From assembly GCA_965644295.1 (NCBI GenBank), contig CBFFRP010000431.1, positions 1-64,000 of the forward strand: 64,000 bases of DNA, given 5' to 3'. Both the position numbers and the translations under genes were made by a program. The notes beneath the pieces were generated by a model that saw only the letters and a program-made list of their open reading frames with translations, made no database searches and had not been told where the DNA came from. This document shows positions 36,662-49,574 of the stretch, one piece after another (position 1 is the first letter of the stretch; every line of letters begins with the position of its first letter). This DNA is from Paraphysomonas bandaiensis (taxonomy: Eukaryota > Protista > Chrysophyceae).

Positions 36662-37738
36662 ATGTCATCGAATAACTATCTCAATGATGTGACTATAGTC
36701 CTTGATACTCTTCATGCTCATCATGCTCATGCAAAAGATGCCAATATGGAGAAATATTTCAATTGTTTTGCTAGTAACAGTCACTTTCTAGGGACCGCTA
36801 TAAGCGACCACTGGACTATAGAGGAATATAGAGAATATTCTAAACCTTTTTTTAATAGTGATGGACCGAAAGTTCCTTTTGTACCACGTGCTGATAGTAG
36901 GAGATTTTGTGTGTATCCAGTGGGCTCGTCGAAACCTACAGTCGTGACATTCGATGAGGTATTGGAGTGTGCAGCCTCTAGTGCTGAGGCGAGAGGGTCT
37001 GGGTCTGTAGTATGGGAGGAGGAGAAGCAACGGTGGGCAATATTTTCGTATCATCTTACTATTCCTGTTCCGAATGATATAGCAGAAGATGTTTGCAGTA
37101 AACTACCTAAATATCGTCCTCGAGTTGGTAACAGGAGTAATAGCACCCCCACCTCTCAACAATGTGCAAGAAATAATAGTCAAGATGTTTGTTCTTGGAC
37201 AATACCTATGCAGGATCAACTTCCTTCAATATCTCGTGGTGCTTCGGATCCATTGATAGAGTGTGATTCGTCCAATTCAGACGCTTTTTCCCTTTCATCC
37301 TGTGTACAGCTGCTTGATACTCTTCATGCTCATCATGCTCATGCAAAAGATGCCAATATGGAGAAATATTTCAATTGTTTTGCTAGTAACAGTCACTTTC
37401 TAGGGACCTCTATAAGCGACCACTGGACTATAGAGGAATATAGAGAATATTCTAAACCTTTTTTTAATAGCGATGGACCGAAAGTTCCTTTTGTACCACG
37501 TGCTGATAGTAGGAGATTTTGTGTGTATCCAGTGGGCTCGTCGAAACCTACAGTCGTGACATTCGATGAGGTATTGGAGTGTGCAGCCTCTAGTGCTGAG
37601 GCGAGAGGGTCTGGGTCTGTAGTATGGGAGGAGGAGAAGCAACGGTGGGCAATATTTTCGTATCATCTTACTATTCCTGTTCCGAATGATATAGCAGAAG
37701 ATGTTTGCAGTGTGTTAGGTTCACACAGACTGGCTTGA
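36662..37738 (+). CDS. Tandem SnoaL/NTF2-like domain protein (two nearly identical domains)
   Basis: Intronless 358-aa ORF; each unit has LD.LH....DA....YF..F......FLGT...DHWT..E...Y.KP.F...FDE.L....RGSG......W.I..YHLT.P.PN. Confidence 0.8.
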   Translation: MSSNNYLNDVTIVLDTLHAHHAHAKDANMEKYFNCFASNSHFLGTAISDHWTIEEYREYSKPFFNSDGPKVPFVPRADSRRFCVYPVGSSKPTVVTFDEVLECAASSAEARGSGSVVWEEEKQRWAIFSYHLTIPVPNDIAEDVCSKLPKYRPRVGNRSNSTPTSQQCARNNSQDVCSWTIPMQDQLPSISRGASDPLIECDSSNSDAFSLSSCVQLLDTLHAHHAHAKDANMEKYFNCFASNSHFLGTSISDHWTIEEYREYSKPFFNSDGPKVPFVPRADSRRFCVYPVGSSKPTVVTFDEVLECAASSAEARGSGSVVWEEEKQRWAIFSYHLTIPVPNDIAEDVCSVLGSHRLA

Positions 37739-39078
37739 GTATATGTTATTTTGTCTGATACTTAATGCGTGAAACCTTGAATACAAGACTCTAATATCTT
37801 TTCCACGTAGAGTATGTAGTATGTATAATGTATAGTGCATGAGACATAAAAAAGATGACTTCCTTTTGCGAGTTAGATCACCCAGTGCTGAAGATGATAG
37901 TATTAGAAGTGTAACTGAAATATTAACAATGGAAGGCAGGAGTTTCGAACCAGTACATAGTCAAGATAAAGTATCACGTAAAGGATAAATATGTTGAATT
38001 TGCATTATATTGGGAGAAAGATGTAGTCATTGATTGGCAATAAATTTGGTTTCAACCACACTCTAAAGTCACACACATCATCACCGCACACAAAAAACAC
38101 TGTTGTCCGAATCAAATTAAGTATATCAATTCGTAAGACGGTATTGGACAAAACTAATCACCGCGCACAATTATGTGCAGGTAACTTCACTATGATGTCT
38201 CCCAAACTGAAAAGACCAAATTCAAAAGAGTGGACATAAAAGTTAGGGCGGAGTCAAATAAACTTCAAAGACAATACAAGCGGATAGATTTGAAACATGA
38301 ATCGTTGCCAGATTCAGACAGCGCAGTCAGTCACTACTGTCCAATGTTTAGCTACGAAGGGCAATACTTATGAGCACGTTGCTTAGCATTGTTCCACTTG
38401 AACTAATTACTTATACGACTATTGCTCAAGATATAGATCTTGAACACCTCGTTTACATCAGAGGGGGCTCTATGTTGCTATCTGATAGTAAGATATACAA
38501 GATACTTACTCTTTGATTTCGAAGTTATAGCAAACAGGGCGTGTCTACGGGTGTTCAAACGAAGAAGATCAGTCCATTGCGTTCACAACTGGTGTTTTAC
38601 CAAAAAGGGATAAGCAGGTTTGTCGTTTGGCCAAAATATTCACTGCCAAGTTTACGTTTGACAAGTGCTACTCTGAAGTTACCTCCTTGAACTTCAGAAG
38701 TATCCTTAGGGAGATTCGAGGTAAACTAAAGTACAGTCCTTTTCCTGATTTTGACTATTAACTGAGAGTTCGTCAGAGCCAATATAAACATAGACTACCC
38801 CCAATAATAAGGAGAATTCAAACAAATAAGGCTGTATATTTATCGGATAAATTGTAAAAAATGGCACAATATTCATCGCAGTATACGACGAAAATTACGA
38901 ATACATAGTATCATGCTTGCAGTTACACATACCCGACTCTTAGATGCAGATTCGATTAGTCCCCCCCCCCTCCCGCTCTGTGTGTTACTTATTTCAAGAG
39001 TTTCAACGGTGTTCAATGTGAAGCTTTCTCTTACTTTCCTCGCTTTACACCCTCTTCGTGGTGTTCCGAGGGATAGTT

Positions 39079-39372
39079 ACGGGAAACTAACGTGAGCCGC
39101 ATATATATATAGTCAGCAGATACGTTCTGCCCTCATATATATAGCCTAATGCTTGTCTAGAGTACAGTATAGAGATACTAATAAGTGTCACTTGGGAAGA
39201 CGTTTTAGGATCTGACGAATAAACAGGCTTGCGGGACTGTGCCCGCGTCAAGGTCATCCGGGGTATTGGGCTGACTTTACTGAAGTCAAGCATCTGGGCT
39301 GTTTACCTTAAGGACAGAGAGCAAAAGTGGTTGCACCTTCTTGTGCTTGCGATGACGCACAAGCAGCTTTCG
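39079..39372 (+). mobile_element. Non-autonomous element (family B body + LINE-type tail hairpin)
   Basis: The body matches 61348-61530 (gggaaactaacgtgagccgc...tagcctaatgcttgtc...gacgaataaacag...catccggggtattg) and ends with gtggttgcacc..gtgcttgcg.tgacgcacaagcagctttcg. Confidence 0.75.
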
Positions 39373-39377
39373 TATAT

Positions 39378-39905
39378 TGAAAGTCTTAAGCAATAGGCTT
39401 TAAGAATCAGCACCAGTTTAGTAGCTAGAAGTAAACTCTAGTAAAGCTATAGATAGACGATTACCTGATACTAACTATAGTACAAATTTTATTATCCTAC
39501 TATATTTAACGCTACGGAGGCTGCTTGTGCGTCGCCGCAAGCACCAAGGTGCAACCACCTCCGCTCTATCACTCAAAGCAAACGCCGTGAGCAAGCGGAA
39601 TGTTGATATACCTGACATCTGCTAACTTCAGCTTTTTTAAGTCCTTAAGGTTAACTTCAGGTTTTTTAAGTCCTTAAGGTGAGCATCCCGGATGCCTTCA
39701 GCAGGCAACCCAATACCCCGGTTACCCTTCAGATGGGCCCTGTCCCGGATTCCATTTCCGGATGCCTGTTTATTTATCAAGGCCCAAAGACGTCTACACA
39801 AGTGCACTTATTGGTGTCTCTTGTACCACACAAGCATTCGGCTATGAGTGGGCAGAACAATATCCTATGTTTGTGGCTCGCGGTAGTTTCCTGGAGAAAT
39901 ATCTC
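39378..39905 (-). mobile_element. Second family B element with complete LINE-type tail, inverted relative to 39079-39372
   Basis: The reverse complement begins atttctcc.ggaaacta.cg.gagcc (as at 61341); 39495-39565 is nearly identical to the LINE tail at 2655-2724. Confidence 0.8.
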
Positions 39906-39958
39906 CGGTACTTATCCCCCAGAACACCACGAAAATGTGCGAGTCCGACTTTGTTGAG

Positions 39959-40398
39959 GGCAGCTTTCGTAGCGTTAAATAGTAGGATTGTTAACATAGG
40001 ACATTACACTGAAGTTAACTTTGCTCTACACGTAAACCTTAACCTTGCTGTTGAACACGATGCACTTTCAAGTAAGAAATTATGATTATTATTCTGGGCA
40101 CTTCACTACATATTCGTGTAACATATGTTGAAACATCTGTTCTTATAGCAACATCTGTTTATCATATGTTCATCAGTCAGTTCTATATCTTGTATAGTCA
40201 CACATCAGTAACTGAATTTAATTCCTTTGTAACTATAATCACCCGTTACACCTATGAGTTGACATTACCTATTGCACACTGTTAACTCACTTCAATTGCA
40301 CAATATATATCACATCATATTGCAGAACTCAACAAGGATATCAGAGTTAACCATTGACTCTTATACGCCTACTGCTAATAATAAGACAATCACTACGA
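39959..40398 (+). repeat. LINE-tail pieces (39959-39989, 40355-40398) enclosing a family C repeat (40147-40333)
   Basis: gcagctttcgtagcgttaaatagtaggat and acgcctactgctaataataagacaatcactac match the tail; 40147-40333 aligns with 50016-50178. Confidence 0.65.
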
Positions 40399-40847
40399 TA
40401 TGAGGTGGCTAGTACCCTCACTATATATTATTTTGATTTTAACCGTGACACTAAAAAAGTGTAGTAAACACAATATTTATCAATAACTATCATTTCCTTA
40501 TTTTTCTTGTGATGGAATACTATAGTCAAACAGAAGTGCTTATACTAAACGAGTGTGATGGCGTGATATGCAGATATGCAGTGCTACACACATAGCTAGC
40601 TTGAAAGAAATTATAATTATCAGTATACGATTAAATTCAAATACTGTCTGCATGGTTCTTTATAAAATTTAGTATTGACTTTAAATCATGCTCAATACTA
40701 ATACCTTGACGAAGCTACGATGAAAAACAACACCAACCCAACGAGTTTGAATTTTACTGTCGGAACATAAAATATGAAGCTTGGTACTACAAAATCCACC
40801 TGCACTGCAACTACTGTAGATAGGAAATACTACTGTGGCATCTTACA

Positions 40848-43800
40848 CTAAACGCGCTTATAAGACATTGAGTATTTGCACGACCACCCACCAGGCTCCA
40901 CTGCAGGTGCCAAGTGGTGCACGACGCAGGCTTCAAGAGGAGGCACAGAAACGGTATGCGTTAGATCGCCACGATGAGATAATATATTCTCTCCTGTCAC
41001 GCCGACTGTAAGTATCAATTGCGTGTCGCTCCTGTAATTGTAAGCTAAAATTGACATGCCTGCGTAACCATTTTTCTTAGTATAAATGGCGAAGCCTTCC
41101 GATTCATATTCAGTCTTTTTTCCCGTCGCCAGAATTGGCAGTTCCATAGCCTCATCATACGCGCTCTGTGAGAAGGGCACCGTTGTGATGGAAACTGGAG
41201 CCTCTGAGTGGACAGAAATCACACACCCCCTTGAGCCAATCAGGTTGAGGTCATCGTCATATCCTAACGCACATAAATCTCTCATAAGTGCCTTTTCCCT
41301 ATCGTCTCTTTCAAGACCGGGACGTATACCATATTGTTCACCCGACAAAAGTGCTCTCTTAAATCCCGCTAGTGTGAGTCCAGCGTCAGTGAACTCAAAG
41401 TTCTGCACCACCACTTTCGCCTTTTTCCGGTACTAGCAGCAGAACACACCATTAACAGTTGTCAATACACACATCCTCTTGCAGTAACACCATACACACA
41501 GAAGGCACCTTCTTACCTCTTTGGGTGTCATCCCTGGCTGTGTGGCTTTGAGAAATCTAACAACCTCCCTTCTTGACAGCCCATCATCCATATCCATATT
41601 GAGGCGGTCAAATACTTCTCCAATGCAGCTATCTCCAGCTCGAGTAAAAGCAGTACCAGATTCATTTAATAGCTTAACAGGTGTTGGCGCGGTAAGTCTG
41701 ACAGAGTGGATTGAGACTGGTAAAAAATAAATTGAATATGGCATACTTGTCAAGCTGCAAAAACTTTGCCCCTGTAGTGCAAGGTACAATAACATACTTC
41801 TCTCCTCTCAGAAGATTAGCAGTACAAAATGCCTGACGTTCCACAGTACACCCTGATGATCCCACAAGCTGATAATCACCGCAACCTACAGTAAAATTAA
41901 GAATGGTTTTCACATCATCACTTCCACGAACCAACTTCTCGCAGTACGGTGATTCCAATATCAATATATGGCTGAGCACCAACGACGCGTCTATCAGTTT
42001 GATGAATCGTAAACACAGCAGAACAAGATTCCGTTGCCAATAGGCTGTACCAATCAAAACTTAATGATCACAGCACGTAGTTGACAAGAAGCGTACCTGA
42101 ACATATATGTGCTCATTTTCTTTGATTGGCATTCATACACGAAAAAAGACTTCTTTCGATCCTCGTGCCACGGATTGGGATGAAGCCCCGGCGTGCGTAC
42201 TTGGCACACATTAATTCCACTGAAATGCTTCAACATGTCCGTATATGACATCCAGAAGGCACCGTCGTCTGGACTGTTGTTGTCCGCGAACTCGTCACCC
42301 AGCTCTTGACGGAGCTCTCGGGTCCACAGCGGGCTGTAGTCGCTCCAGTCACCCTTCCACTCCACCGCTCCCCACGGGTTACGTATCTGACACACAGAAA
42401 TGGTAACTAATATCACTACATCAAATATACCAATATCTTACATGAACGAGCTTTTCCCCATTTGAGAGTGACTTGGCAGCGATAAATGTATAAGCATGAC
42501 CAGGAATGAGTCCCGTCTCCGGCGCTTGTTTGTTGGTAGTGGTATACGTATCCTCGCCAGGTGTTGATGCAGATAGAATATAGCCCTGTGAGTCCATCTC
42601 CACTAAACGATTCCAGAACTCCCCACTCTCAATGGACGACGCCACGTCTTCGTCAGTGAAGAGAAATGTTGTACAGGGAGCACCTATACAAACATTACCT
42701 CAAATAGCTTCGTACCGTGAACATACCAGTCATATCCATCATTGCTTCATACGCCCAGCCCAGGCTTAGAGACTCATAAGAGCCATGAAGCTAGTTCATA
42801 AAACATTAAAATCAGTACTAGAGAAGTCACAATGCAAACACATAGTCCAAACTGCGCTACGGTTATTGACACTCACCTTCGCGTACGCCTTCTCAATCAG
42901 CATTGCCCAAAGCTCATTGCCGTGAGAGCGGGCATATACGGGCCCCCCTCCAGGAGCGCATGGGAAATAGTCGTCTACAGTCACAATTTGCCACCTTCCG
43001 TTCTTACAAAAACGTAGTCGATACATTCCCAATTCCCTGCTCGAGCGACAGGGATCTGTGTCTAAGTCGGCATCAGGAAATATAGCCTTTACCAAATGAG
43101 GAAACTCTGCTAAAGCTGCAACAGCACAAAGGAGCCAACAGTCCCCAAGTCTTCCCTGAGTTATGTCTTCCGCCTCAATGTCGCCGTGAAAAAGAAAGAA
43201 TGGCTCTTCACTGAACTCGGCAGGACGTCTCCAAACGATTTGCTCTTCCTTTGCACGTTCCTCAGCTTCTAGCATGGCTTTGTCTCCCCCATCCACCCAA
43301 TCCAGACCTTTCTTCCATGACACTCTTGTTTTATACAGTGAGGTCGGTGTTGGTGGGAACTCGGGGTCAATGAAACTCACACCACGATCTCTTGCAACCT
43401 CCGTGATAGTGCTGTTGTGTGCATAACATTAGATTTTAAACTACAAAAAAGCAATATTATCACCTAATTACTTCGTTAGAAGAAAGATTGAGTGAATTTA
43501 TAGCTGCGATTCTCTCTTCCAGCTCGTCATTTTGGTACTCAATCATGCGGTCTATGAAATCTTTATCCGGTTCAGAGAACTTCACAGAGACCGAAAACGA
43601 TATTTCCCAAAATCGAGTGGGATTAATTACTCTCAACTGACACACAGATGTTCTCATAAATGGCTGGGATGTACACTTGACTACCATAGATCCATGATGC
43701 TTAGATATGGTCATATTAGTGCAGTTAGAGAAGTCTATTGATAAGTCCGCCTGATTCATACGAGAGCACTCCACCTCATAGTGAAAAGTAGGGACCGAGT

Positions 43801-44062
43801 CGTTAGTTCTAGTGGCATATAGATAGACATTATCAGCTATAGTATGTATAGTTGGTTTCTCCAGTGGAACACTATCGCTATCTACTTGTCCTCCTCGACT
43901 CTTACGTGATTTTCTTCTAGATCTCTTAGGTGTATATGAGTCAGGTGTACATATCCCGTTATCACTACTGCTCTTTATTGGTGTCTGAAGATCTATTGGT
44001 TTGATTATATCTCTTGAGTCTGTCTCTGTTCCCATATCTTCATGTGGGTGTTTATTCCCCAT
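40848..44062 (-). CDS. Calpain-family cysteine protease (CysPc) with a C-terminal EF-hand-like motif, 9 exons
   Basis: FIDPEFPP, QGRLGDCWLLCA (catalytic Cys), DDYFP, ELWAMLIEKAYAK|LHGSYESL, GHAY (His), IRNPWG (Asn), DDGAFWM, and NMDMDDGLSRRE. Eight GT-AG introns placed in frame. Confidence 0.9.
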
Positions 44063-45344
44063 AGTTATAATATATATGAATGTATGAAGAGAGTGGTATG
44101 TTAGTCTTCTATATGGAGATGTACGTCATATTATAGTGAGGATACGCCTCTTATGCATATATGCATATGTGTAGGGGTGTTATCTGCATGGGTTAATGTG
44201 AAGCACTTCACTTCAGCTTCGCGACGATTTGGAATATTATCATATGCAAAAATTTTGACATGCAAAACAAACGAATCACATCTCTGCATATAGATCCATA
44301 TGTACTCTGTACTCCATACTGCTATATGTATATTGATACGCATGCACTTATCCAAATACAGCAGTACGAATACAGCAGTACCGAGTACGAAGCAATATCT
44401 AGATATGAATATCTTCAAACAACTTAAGCAACTTCTAGCGTCATTCTCCCCCAGTATGTATGATGTGTAGGTAGGCTTAGAGGTATGTAGACATTATATA
44501 AATACATACTAATACACGATCTGGAAAGCTTCTGCAGTAGCATATGTTCAATTGGATCTGATCAGTGAAGCCCTCAAACTAATCTTCACAATATGATAAC
44601 TGAAGACTATGTCTCTGTGTAAGTGTTGATGATGACGAAGCTGCTGCACATGTCAGCGCCCACTAGCGTGTAGTGGTGTATAATCTCTTTGTGGTGTCGG
44701 TAAAATGCCATACGTTATGACTGCCCGGAAATTATATTGGATACCGATTGTAGTGAACGACACGAAGTACATACTTGTGCAGATTTGTTCTCGCATTTTC
44801 AAAATAAAAAATATATATTTCTGACAAATGTCTGGCAGAATAAAAATATGTTACACACCGTCGTCGACAATGTGAATCAAGTTCTGACTTCATGCCCGTA
44901 TTATATATATTCTATAGTTTTGCTTCATGAAATTTGTAGCAAACATGAACGAATTTCTTGTCTTGATGTAGATTTAATTCTTCCTTTCGTTACTTATAAC
45001 TCAACAACTTGTTTTCGCCTGTTTAATACACCGGTTTTTAATACTTTACTGTTCCAGGATTAATGCGCATTCCAACATTGGCGAATCTAAAAAATATACT
45101 AGCAGCGACTATCGAATTTGATAGCACGCCGATCTTTGTAGGAAATTTCGCATCTACAGCATTGAGCAATACGATTGTCTGGTACTGTAGCTTTTGCTAG
45201 AGCCAAACAACTCATTGCACTATTACAGAGGTGATAGTAATAGCAATAGAGATTGTAGAACAGAGAGCACTTGCGACAATAGAACAATAATATTGTTATC
45301 ATATATAACTAAAAAACTAGCTAGCTACTTTTAAAAACAAGCAA

Positions 45345-46875
45345 TCATTTGTTATTGCAAGGTAAATCTAAATTCGATTCATCAAGCAAGGCCGCCTCTT
45401 TCACTGACGTTTTCGACTTGCTAGGACTACTATCTACTATTTTTTCAGCGCTGGCAATTTCATCTGCCGTTAAAGTCCACGAAATTCCTTTTTCGTTGAG
45501 CGCTTTTGCATGCTTTGCAGCAGCTATAATCGCACGTCTGTGTCTTGCCCCGGCAAGTTGAAAGGCGACTGCGTAGTGCACAGCAATCGCAGACACTTTA
45601 AACTTTCTTGCCGAGTTCCATATTCTCATTTGTTCAAGGTTCTTTGTTATATCTCTGTAAATCCATACACATGATCAGGTAAACATCATACCTTTTCCAC
45701 CTATAAATTGACTTACCTATCATGTTTAGCTTTATTTCTCATCCAAGGATGGTTGAGCACCTGCTCCGCAGTGTATCGACGACTGGGATCTACTGTTAAC
45801 ATCCGACTAACCAAATCCTTTGCAGAATTGCTTACGCCTCCCCAGTATTTCTCAGGAAAGGTATACGAACCATTCTAATGAACAGTCAACAAAAAAAAGT
45901 AGGTGCGTGGGAATCATACCGCTATCATATTATACAGTTCGTCAATGTCCCTGGTCTCAAAGGGGACTACTCCGGTGAGCATAATATATAGATTGCACCC
46001 GAGACTCCATATATCCACCGCTTTGCCGTAAGGAACACGCTTCACCATCTCAGGGGACACATAAAGTGCTGTTCCTCTAAGATCTGATGGAGGTTCTACA
46101 CCTTCTCGAAGCACTCGAGCAAACCCAAAATCAACGAGTTTAACCATTGGGTTTTTGGACTTGTCTCGAAGTATTAAGTTCTCTGGCTTTATATCTCTAC
46201 GCAAATGTAGCCAGCAGGATTAAGGGCTAACAGTAAAGAAAACAATAGTGCATGCTGACCTATGGATTACATTGTGCCTATGCATATAACTGATGGCCTG
46301 GGTAATATTAAGCATCACCCTCCTAGCATCCTCCTCACAATAGTACTCCCGCGCGCAAAGAGAATCGAACAATTCACCTCCAGACAAAAATTCCATCACC
46401 TGTTCAACTAAAGTTATCATCCGAAAAAGACAGCAAAACGCATATTACCAAGAAATAATCATCTTTGTGCTTATATACGTCATACAGTTCGACTATTCCA
46501 GGATGTCTAAGTTGGGACAGTATATTAAACTCCCAGGCCAGCTCATCTCTGTACTTCGGCAATACAAACGCATACTTTATCTGCTTTATAACAACTTTCT
46601 TGCCATTATCTTTTATTTTACGGGAGATCGCGACCCGAACATCAGCAAATGAACCCCTATAATACAATAATAATCTTTATTCATACACAGAAAAATACTT
46701 ACTCCCCGATTTTGTATGTCATGGCGTAGCCATCACTAGAGCTCTTCGAAGGGTGGCTCCTGTGGAAAGGAACACTTAACTGTCTTTCATCCACTCCCGA
46801 AACTGCTGTGGGAGCAACGCCATTGCCACGCCACATCCTGATGGAATCACTCCAGCACGACGTTGATGCTCCCAT
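45345..46875 (-). CDS. CaMK-family Ser/Thr protein kinase, paralog A, 6 exons
   Basis: IGE|GSFA, VVIK, HPGIV, GGELFD, HR|DIKPEN, DFG, YVSPE, DIWSLG, HPW and a basic calmodulin-binding-like WNSARKFK. N-terminus MGASTSC. Confidence 0.9.
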
Positions 46876-47685
46876 TATAAATACGCCACCTCAAAAAAAC
46901 ATTCAACAATTCGGGATTACAAATTACTCTAAGCCTCAAGTAAAACAAATCTGTATATTAAATACGCTAAATACATCCAATTAAACTAACATAATTGATT
47001 TCACCAACAGGCGCTACATTTATATGATGTTATACTGACTTATACACATCGAAGTCTCACTATTTCTCGCTCTTAAATGAGCTGTATGATATTTTACTGT
47101 TACACAGTCTGTATTACAAAAATATCATTGTCCAGAAAACACTGCCATATATCAGTTTTTATTTGAGATTATGCCACTGGCTATTGAAATGGTGAGATGG
47201 ATATTGGATTATCCCTGTTTTCTGTTATCTCTGTATGTATTCACATAAATATCCGAACTTTTCTTACAATAATCCTATTTTACAAATCCGTTTCACAAAT
47301 ACAACATATTACAGCTGTAGTTGTTCTTGAAGTACAATAGTATCCTACAGAGCTTACCTAAACTGAAAAAAACAGCAGTGTCGAAAGGATAACAAAAAAA
47401 ATCAATATAACTCCGACCGCTCTGTAAAACGACCATTGCAAGAGTATACAGCAGTTTGTGTGCAAGTGCATACTGGGGAAATGGATGATAGCTTCCAACA
47501 CATTAACACTTTTATTCAAGCATAGTAATAGTGTATTGTGATCGTGTGAACTGATGTGTGTAGTTTTGCAAGTGGTGTTGCGATAGGATATTTTTGTGGA
47601 TACATCTTATATACAGTTACACATGACTGTCAATAGCGAATAGAACTAAAACTGAATTTCTTAAATAGCAATTATAATTCATTAA

Positions 47686-49168
47686 ATGGGTGCTAGTGGA
47701 TCTGTGTCTGACCCCACTCTAGGAGTACAGACTGAAAATGTTGTTCTTGAAGAGGGGCAAATGGCAGATCCTAAATCAATACATGTTCCAGTCATCAAAG
47801 GAACGCCTGCAACAAGAAATGGCTTCGAGATAGGATATAAGATTGGAGAGTAAGTTTTATGTTATGTTGAACACAATGGCACTGATAGTAATTTTCTTCT
47901 AGAGGATCCTTTGCGATCGTACGACTGGGCACATCGTATAAAACAAAGAAAAAGGTTGCTATAAAGGAGGTATACACACCTGACCTTTTGAGTGAGCAAC
48001 TCGATGACCTCAATAAAGAAATGAATATACTATCTCAATTACGACACAACAATATAGTACAGCTCTATGAAGTATACCGCGAGGATAATCGTGTCTACAT
48101 GGTACGTGCTAACTAATCCCTTACACTGAGTATTTATGGTGTGGTAGATACTCGAGTTTCTATCTGGTGGAGAGCTGTTTGATGCGATATGTGAGCAAGA
48201 GTACTATAAAGAAGGGGATGCGAGGAGGATTATGAAAAGCATAACCTACGCCATACTATATATGCATAGACATGGGGTGATGCATCGTGAGTTTTATGTT
48301 GTGTACAATATATTATTGCGTTAACACTTGTGTTACATGTTCAGGCGACTTGAAGCCAGAGAACCTCGTGCTAGTATCTAATAGAACTGATACCGATGTC
48401 AAGCTGATTGATTTTGGCTTCGTAACTCGATTTGGCCCAGATGTGGAGAAAGAGACACGTCTCTGTGGAACCCCCGGATACATCGCGCCCGAAATGCTTA
48501 ACGAGACTCCTTACGGCGGGGAGGTGGATGTGTGGAGTCTAGGAGTGATTCTTTATGTATTGCTTGCTGGAATCCCTCCTTTTCCAACAGAGAATAGTGA
48601 GGAACTAGTAGAGTCTATTCGGGTAATGCCATGTTCGGTACATATGTATACCTTATTCATGTTCGGTTGCAGACTGCTAATTATAGTTACCCTGATGAAT
48701 ATTGGGAAGATGTCAGTGACCTAGCTAAGGGGCTGATAGACAACATGCTAGTGTTGGATCAGGAAAAACGCTACACTATAGAGCTGGTTCTCAATCATCC
48801 GTGGATGAACGATGGGGAAGTCGGCAATCGGTATAGACGCTCTCTTGGTTCACTGCTTCCGGTTAAGTGTTATGTGATTTAGGGACATCACGAAGAACCT
48901 CGCTGCGATGAAGGAATGGAACGCCGGCCGCAAGATGATTGTATCCGCCTTGGCTGTAAAGTCTTGTGTGAAGTTTAACCTGGCTGGCAAGCGGTATCGA
49001 GATGGTCTTCTGCACGCAGCTCGACGAGCGAAGGAACTTGAGAGTAAAGGTATCCCATGGGATCTACCCGGAGAGGAGATCAAGCGCAGGGAATCGGAGT
49101 TTGTTATGAATAGGAGTGAGTCGTATGCAGTGACAGAACAGACATCAGCCCTAAGCGCAACAAATTGA
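47686..49168 (+). CDS. CaMK-family Ser/Thr protein kinase, paralog B, 6 exons
   Basis: IGE|GSFA, VAIK, GGELFD, HRDLKPEN, DFG, LCGTPGYIAPE, DVWSLG, HPW and WNAGRKM. N-terminus MGASGS. Confidence 0.9.
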
Positions 49169-49574
49169 GTGGTACTTCGCGCCTGTCCGGGCATATTTCT
49201 AGTTTTACGGGGGCGGTCTGCCAAACTTTCGTGCGAATTGATTCGCCTTTAAGTTTCAGTTTCGATGTCTTTGTTCATGTGTTCCCTGTGATATCGCGTT
49301 TGCGTTTACACTTATATTTGTGAAATTCGTTATTTTTTACGGTCTAGATAGTTGTTCGAAGCCAATCATTGAGTATTACCTACAAACTAATCTGAATTTG
49401 GCCTGGTTTGGTAGTAATGCATATGCTGAATATATAATATAATTACAGTTTAACTTCTTTGAATGGATTTCTAGTTTAGGTTTGCATACAATTCTTATTT
49501 CTCCAGGTTGTATAAATTCTAGTTTGTGAACTCTGAACTATGCGCATCACACGGTATATTGAGTATTGCGATTA

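Noticed and set aside
38280-38760. Possible decayed coding sequence
   Set aside because: Short open stretches without a recognisable motif or consistent splice pattern; no call can be supported.
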